NCBI GenBank assembly: GCA_963728205.1
Contig: CAVSIV010000001.1
Location: 1,056,001-1,120,000, forward strand
Length of the DNA: 64,000 nt
Source of the DNA: an uncultured Chloroflexia bacterium
GTDB taxonomy: Bacteria > Chloroflexota > Dehalococcoidia > UBA2979
Direction of reading: 5' to 3'
Position numbers and translations under genes: made by a program. The first letter of the stretch is position 1. Each line of letters starts with the position of its first letter. Below, piece by piece: positions 59,116 to 64,000 of this stretch. Under the pieces are notes generated by a model. It had not been told where the DNA came from. It made no database searches and was given only the letters and a program-made list of their open reading frames with translations.

Positions 59116-60315
59116 ATGCAGCTCGACCTGATCCGCCGCCTCTCGATCCCCGGCGACAGCAAAGTCGTGCTCTGCGTACTCGACGGCCTGGGCGGCCTGC
59201 CCGGCCCGCGCGCCCGCACGGAGCTCGAGGAGGCGCGCACCGACAACCTCGACCGCCTCGCCGAGCACGGCACGCTCGGGCTCACGATCCCCGTCGCGCC
59301 CGGCATCACGCCCGGCTCCGGTCCCGGCCACATGGCGCTCTTCGGCTATGACCCGATCGAGTACGACATCGGGCGCGGCGTCCTCGAGGCCACCGGCATC
59401 GACTTCGCGCTCGAGCCGAACGACCTCGCCGCGCGCGGCAACCTGTGCACGGTCGACGCCGACGGCAAGATCACCGATCGCCGCGCGGGCCGCGTTGCGA
59501 CCGAGATCACGGCCGAGATCGCCGAGCGGCTGCGCGCCATCGAGCTCCCCGGCGTGCAGGTGTTCGTGGAGCCGGTGAAGGAGCACCGCTTCGTGCTCGT
59601 GCTGCGCGGCGAGGGGCTGTCGCCGGCGCTGACCGAGACCGACCCCCAGGCCGAGGGCGTCGCGCCGCTGGCCTGCGAGGCGACCGCGCCCGACGCACAG
59701 CCGACCGCGGACCTCGTCAACCAGTTCATGGCGAAGGCGCGCGAGCTGCTCGCCGACCGCGACCACGCGAACGCGCTGACGCTGCGCGGGTGGGCGAAGC
59801 GGCCGTCGCTGCCGCAGCTGCCCGAGCTGTGGAAGCTGCGGGCCGCCGCCGTGACCGTCTACCCGATGTACCGCGGGCTCGCACGCCTCGTCGGCATGCA
59901 GGCGCTGCCCGGCGGCGACGACATCCGCGTGGAGTTTGCGGCGGTGCGCGACCACTGGGACGACTTCGACTTCTTCTTCGTGCACTTCAAGAACACCGAC
60001 AGCGCGGGCGAAGACGGCGACTTCCGTCGCAAGTCGCTCGCGATCGGGGAGTTCGATGCGGCGCTGCCGGAGCTGCTCCGCCTGCGGCCGGACGTGCTGG
60101 TGATCGCCGGCGACCACTCGACGCCGGCGGTGATGGCCGCGCACTCCTGGCACCCCGTACCGCTGCTGATGAGCGGCCGCAACGTGCGGGTCGACGACAC
60201 GCTCCAGTTCAGCGAGCAGCAGTGTGCGCGCGGCGGGCTCGGCACGTTCGCGGCGCGCGACGTGCTCCCGCTCGCGTTCGCGCACGCGGGGCGCCTGGCG
60301 AAGTACGGCGCCTGA
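59116..60315 (+). CDS. apgM: Cofactor-independent phosphoglycerate mutase (ApgM type)
   Basis: LDGLGG, PGSGPGH, GRGVLEA, DRRAGR, TDSAGEDG, GDHSTP, HSWHPVP. Confidence 0.9.
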   Translation: MQLDLIRRLSIPGDSKVVLCVLDGLGGLPGPRARTELEEARTDNLDRLAEHGTLGLTIPVAPGITPGSGPGHMALFGYDPIEYDIGRGVLEATGIDFALEPNDLAARGNLCTVDADGKITDRRAGRVATEITAEIAERLRAIELPGVQVFVEPVKEHRFVLVLRGEGLSPALTETDPQAEGVAPLACEATAPDAQPTADLVNQFMAKARELLADRDHANALTLRGWAKRPSLPQLPELWKLRAAAVTVYPMYRGLARLVGMQALPGGDDIRVEFAAVRDHWDDFDFFFVHFKNTDSAGEDGDFRRKSLAIGEFDAALPELLRLRPDVLVIAGDHSTPAVMAAHSWHPVPLLMSGRNVRVDDTLQFSEQQCARGGLGTFAARDVLPLAFAHAGRLAKYGA

Positions 60316-60373
60316 CGGAGCGTCGCGCCGCGGGCGCGCGCTCGCGCGTCCGCCCGGAGGAAGGCGGCCGCAC

Positions 60374-61153
60374 ATGCCGAGCGCTCGGACGCCCATCGTC
60401 GGCGGCAACTGGAAGATGCACCTCCCGCGCCCCGCTGCCGAGGCGCTGCTGACGCGCCTGCGCGCCGACCTCGGCGGGGCCGCCGCGTCGAGCGGGGTCG
60501 AGGTCGTGATCCTGCCGCCCGCGCCGTGGCTGCCGCTCGCGGCCGACGCCTTCGCGGGGACGCCGGTCGGCGTGGGGGTGCAGAACGTCTACTGGGAGCC
60601 GGCGGGCGCGTTCACCGGCGAGGTCAGCCCGGCGCTCCTGCAGGGCGTGGCCACCTGGTCGCTCGTCGGCCACTCCGAGCGGCGTCACGTCTTCGGCGAG
60701 AGCGACGCCGATACGAACCGAAAGCTGCGCGCGGTGATCGAGTCGGGGCTGTCGCCGATCCTCGCCGTGGGGGAGACCGAGCGGGAACGCGACGCCGGCA
60801 ACACCGAGTCGGTGATCGAGCGGCAGCTACTCGGCGCGTTTGAGGGGCTGCCACAGATCGCGCCGGGCTTCGTGATCGCATACGAGCCGGTCTGGGCCAT
60901 CGGCACCGGGCGCGCCGCGACGCCGGCCATCGCGCAGGAGGCGGCGGAGACGGTGCGCCGCGTCGTCGCCGGCCGCTTCGATGCCGCGACCGCCGACGCG
61001 TGTCGCGTGCAGTACGGCGGCTCCGTGAACTTCGAGAACGCCGCCGACTTCGCCGCGCAGCTCGGCGTGGACGGCGCGCTGGTGGGCGGGGCCTCGCTCG
61101 ATGCCGACAGGTTTGCCGCGATCTGCCGCGCCTTCGCGCGGAGCGGCGCGTAG
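60374..61153 (+). CDS. tpiA: Triosephosphate isomerase
   Basis: GNWKM, GAFTGEVS, GHSERR, AYEPVWAIGTG, YGGSV, LVGGASL. Confidence 0.97.
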   Translation: MPSARTPIVGGNWKMHLPRPAAEALLTRLRADLGGAAASSGVEVVILPPAPWLPLAADAFAGTPVGVGVQNVYWEPAGAFTGEVSPALLQGVATWSLVGHSERRHVFGESDADTNRKLRAVIESGLSPILAVGETERERDAGNTESVIERQLLGAFEGLPQIAPGFVIAYEPVWAIGTGRAATPAIAQEAAETVRRVVAGRFDAATADACRVQYGGSVNFENAADFAAQLGVDGALVGGASLDADRFAAICRAFARSGA

Positions 61154-61176
61154 GCGCGAGGGCGGGCACGCGGCTC

Positions 61177-62136
61177 GTGGCGCATCACCTCGTCGCACTG
61201 CTCGGCGCGACGGCGTCGGGCAAGACCGCCGCCGCGTGCGCGATCCGGCGTCGGCTCCCGGTCGAGGTGATCGCCGCGGACTCGCGCCAGGCGCGCCGCG
61301 AGATGCACATCGGCACGGCCTCGCCGACCGCCGCGGAGCTGGACGCGGTGCCGCATCACCTGGTGGGGATCGTCGCGCCCGACGCTCCGTTCACCGTGCA
61401 GGATTGGCTGGACGCGGCGCGCGTCGCGATCGACGGCGTACGGGCGCGCGGCGGGCTGCCGCTGCTGGTCGGCGGCACGGGGCAGTACGTGTGGGCGCTG
61501 CTCGAGGGTTGGCGCTTCCCGCGCGTGCCGGTCGACGCCGTGCGCCGCGCGCGGCTCGAGCGGCTCGCGGCGGACGCGGGACCAGCCGCGCTGCACGCGC
61601 GGCTCGCCGCGGCCGACCCGGCGTCGGCCGCGCGCATCGACCCTGCGAACGTGCGGCGCGTCGTCCGCGCGCTGGAGATCGTGGAGGCGACCGGCGCGCC
61701 GGTGCCGCCGCTGGAGCGCGTGCCGCCGGAGTTCGCGTGGCGCGCCGTCGGCCTGCGCTGGTCGCGCGAGGCGCTTTACGCGCGCGCCGACGCGCGCGTC
61801 GAGGCGATGTACGCCGCGGGGCTCGTGGACGAGACGCGCGCGCTGGTCGCGGCACACGGCCGCGACTTCGACGCGCTGCGGTCGATCGGGTACGGCGACG
61901 CGCTGCGCGTCGTCGACGGGACGGCGAGCGTGGAGGAGGCGGTGGCCGCGACGAAGATCGCGACGCACCGGCTGATCCGCATGCAGGCGACGTGGTTCCG
62001 CGCCGACGACGAGCGCATCGCCTGGGTCGACGGCCGGGACACGGGCGCCGTGGTCGACGCCGTCGCGCGCGCGGAAGCGGAGATGGCGGAGGCGGACGTG
62101 CGGCGCGAGGACGGGACGCGGCGCGATCACGGGTGA
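61177..62136 (+). CDS. miaA: tRNA dimethylallyltransferase
   Basis: GATASGKT, DSRQ, PHHL, VGGTGQY, RRVVRALE, SIGY, QATWF. Confidence 0.92.
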   Translation: MAHHLVALLGATASGKTAAACAIRRRLPVEVIAADSRQARREMHIGTASPTAAELDAVPHHLVGIVAPDAPFTVQDWLDAARVAIDGVRARGGLPLLVGGTGQYVWALLEGWRFPRVPVDAVRRARLERLAADAGPAALHARLAAADPASAARIDPANVRRVVRALEIVEATGAPVPPLERVPPEFAWRAVGLRWSREALYARADARVEAMYAAGLVDETRALVAAHGRDFDALRSIGYGDALRVVDGTASVEEAVAATKIATHRLIRMQATWFRADDERIAWVDGRDTGAVVDAVARAEAEMAEADVRREDGTRRDHG

Positions 62137-62274
62137 TGGGGGAGGTCACGCCGCGCTCCTCGCCGGCGCCGGTGCCGCGGCGCCGCGGCGCCGCGGCACC
62201 GGCTCATTCCGGGCTCCGCGCTCCGTACATCGCCCGTGGCGCGACCATCCCCCCGCTCGTACCATGGGCCACCC

Positions 62275-63141
62275 ATGGAGCACCTGCCTTTCTGGAAGAT
62301 GCACGGCACCGGGAACGACTTCGTTCTGATGGAGTCGGACCGCGTCGACGACGGCTGGCCCGAGCTGGCCGTCGCCATCTGCGACCGCCACTTCGGCGTG
62401 GGCGCGGACGGGCTGATCCTCGTCCTCCCGTCGGACGTCGCCGACCGCCGCATGCGCATCTTCAACGCCGATGGCTCCGAGGCCGAGATGTGCGGCAACG
62501 GCATCCGCTGCTTCGTGAAGTACTGCTTCGACCGCCGACTGGTGACGAGCACCGACGGTGCGATGACCGTCGAGACGGTCCCGGGTGTGCTGACCGCGCG
62601 TGCGACCTTCGCCGCGGACGGCACCGTGGAGCGCGTGCGCGTCGGCATGGGCGTGCCGGACTTCGAGCCGGCGCACGTCGGCGTGCACGTCGAGCAGGCG
62701 GCGCCGGTGACCGACCTGCAGGTGACGGTGCACGACGACCGCGGCGCGGAGACCGTGCACGTGACGCTGGTGTCGATGGGCAACCCGCACGCCGTGGAGT
62801 TCATCGACGGCGCCCCGGCGGACTACCCGCTGGAGCGGCACGGCCCGCTCGTCGAGCACCACGAGCTGTTCGCGCACCGCACGAACTTCGAGGTCGCGCA
62901 CGTCGGCGACCGCAGCCACGTGACGATGCGCGTCTGGGAGCGCGGCGTCGGTGAGACGCTCGCGTGCGGCTCCGGCGCCTGCGCCGTGGTCGCCGCCGCG
63001 CGCACGCTCGGAACGGTCGACGAGCGTGTGGCCGTCGCCGTTCCCGGCGGCGTGCTCGAGATCGAGTGGGATGGAACGCACGAAGTGACGCTGACCGGCC
63101 CGGCCGCCCGCGTCTTCACCTCCGAATGGGAGCGCGCATGA
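62275..63141 (+). CDS. dapF: Diaminopimelate epimerase
   Basis: KMHGTGNDF, EMCGNGIRC, MGNPH, ERGVGETLACGSGA. Confidence 0.97.
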   Translation: MEHLPFWKMHGTGNDFVLMESDRVDDGWPELAVAICDRHFGVGADGLILVLPSDVADRRMRIFNADGSEAEMCGNGIRCFVKYCFDRRLVTSTDGAMTVETVPGVLTARATFAADGTVERVRVGMGVPDFEPAHVGVHVEQAAPVTDLQVTVHDDRGAETVHVTLVSMGNPHAVEFIDGAPADYPLERHGPLVEHHELFAHRTNFEVAHVGDRSHVTMRVWERGVGETLACGSGACAVVAAARTLGTVDERVAVAVPGGVLEIEWDGTHEVTLTGPAARVFTSEWERA

Positions 63142-64000
63142 ACCCGCGACGCCTGCAGGCGACTGCACCGCAGATCCGCAACGTGCCGATGCGACCTCGC
63201 GCGTGGCGCGAGCTGCTCGAGACCCCGGGCATCATCACCGTCGACCGCGAGCAGGGCACGTTGGCTCTCGTCCCCGAGGGCGGCGAGCTGCACCTCTATT
63301 GGGCCTTCGCCAGCGTCGAGGACATGCGCACCTCGTTCGCCGAGATGTTCGCGGATCTGCGCCCGCAGATCGCCGGTGCCGGCGTCGACTACGTCGCGCT
63401 CGACCTCGTCGAAGTGCACGGCAAGGAGTGGCTCGAGCCGATCCTCGACGACGCCGACTTCCGGTTCTTCGCCGAGTGGATGGAGCTCAGCCACCCCGAC
63501 CTCGACCCGAACGCCGTCCCGGAGTTCCCACCGGAGGTCGCGATGCGCCGCGCGAAGAAGGCGGACCTCGCCCGCGTGCGCGCGATCTGGAGCGAGGCCT
63601 ACGACGAGTACGCCGACGGCGAACACGCCATCGCGCACGCTGTCGACACCGCGAGCTGGATCGGCGTCCTCGAGCGCGACGACGAGATCGTGGCGTTTGC
63701 CGCGAACGGCGACACCGACGAGGCGGAGGGGCGCGTTCTCACCGCGGCCGTGGCTCCGGAGTGGCGCGGCCACGGCTACGGCCGGCTCCTGCTCGCCGCC
63801 GCCGCCTACCAGCTGTCGACGAAGGACGCGCGGCGTGCCACGGTGATCGCACGGCCCGACGTCCCGCAGGCGCTGCGCACGTGCACGGCCGTCGGCTTTC
63901 GCCCCGGCCGCATGGGCCTCGAGTATCGCCGCACGACGGACGAGGATGCGATCGCGCAGCGCCGCGAGGAGAAGCGCCGCGCCGGCGTGAAGGCGCGCTT
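63138..64000 (+). CDS. GNAT-domain protein (3'-truncated by window)
   Basis: ATG overlaps dapF stop; frame open to window end; AVAPEWRGHGYGRLLL acetyl-CoA motif; absent from the ORF track because it has no stop. Confidence 0.8.
   Translation, partial: MNPRRLQATAPQIRNVPMRPRAWRELLETPGIITVDREQGTLALVPEGGELHLYWAFASVEDMRTSFAEMFADLRPQIAGAGVDYVALDLVEVHGKEWLEPILDDADFRFFAEWMELSHPDLDPNAVPEFPPEVAMRRAKKADLARVRAIWSEAYDEYADGEHAIAHAVDTASWIGVLERDDEIVAFAANGDTDEAEGRVLTAAVAPEWRGHGYGRLLLAAAAYQLSTKDARRATVIARPDVPQALRTCTAVGFRPGRMGLEYRRTTDEDAIAQRREEKRRAGVKAR

Noticed and set aside
61270-61330. Divergent MiaA motif (DSRQARREMHIGTASP)
   Set aside because: All other MiaA motifs and the miaA-dapF context are intact; not enough evidence for altered function

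Overview
High-GC, mostly housekeeping window. Gene content and protein signatures suggest Chloroflexota, class Dehalococcoidia (inference, not database-checked). Core loci in order: panB-panC, yebC-ruvC-ruvA plus a GGDEF gene, uvrB, an Eis-type GNAT, ftsK, rnj, UDG, tatC/tatB, acpP-nusB-fabG-fabD-rpmF-yceD, RNase P RNA, murE, a heterodimeric ABC exporter, a class-III aminotransferase, birA, a his operon, pur/gua genes split by a vapBC-type module, tsaC, rpiB, penicillin acylase, a polyprenyl synthase, pgk-apgM-tpiA-miaA-dapF and a GNAT. The most notable signals are non-coding or pseudo-enzymatic. (1) Two convergent c-di-AMP riboswitches bracket a GT2 gene and a DUF998 gene. (2) A His-rich leader peptide with terminator/antiterminator precedes the his operon, which has a tandem-duplicated HisG and a Zn-dependent PLC-like gene. 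(3) Two unidentified structured transcripts (about 6.74-7.07 kb and 32.5-32.7 kb) each carry a sequestered strong Shine-Dalgarno and a short ORF. (4) An intact large serine recombinase lacks all catalytic residues. (5) A REP-associated HUH transposase is flanked by covarying inverted REPs, with a non-autonomous REPIN copy 4 kb away and two other repeat families. Four +1 frameshifts (ruvA, modA, GT2, birA) look like assembly errors.
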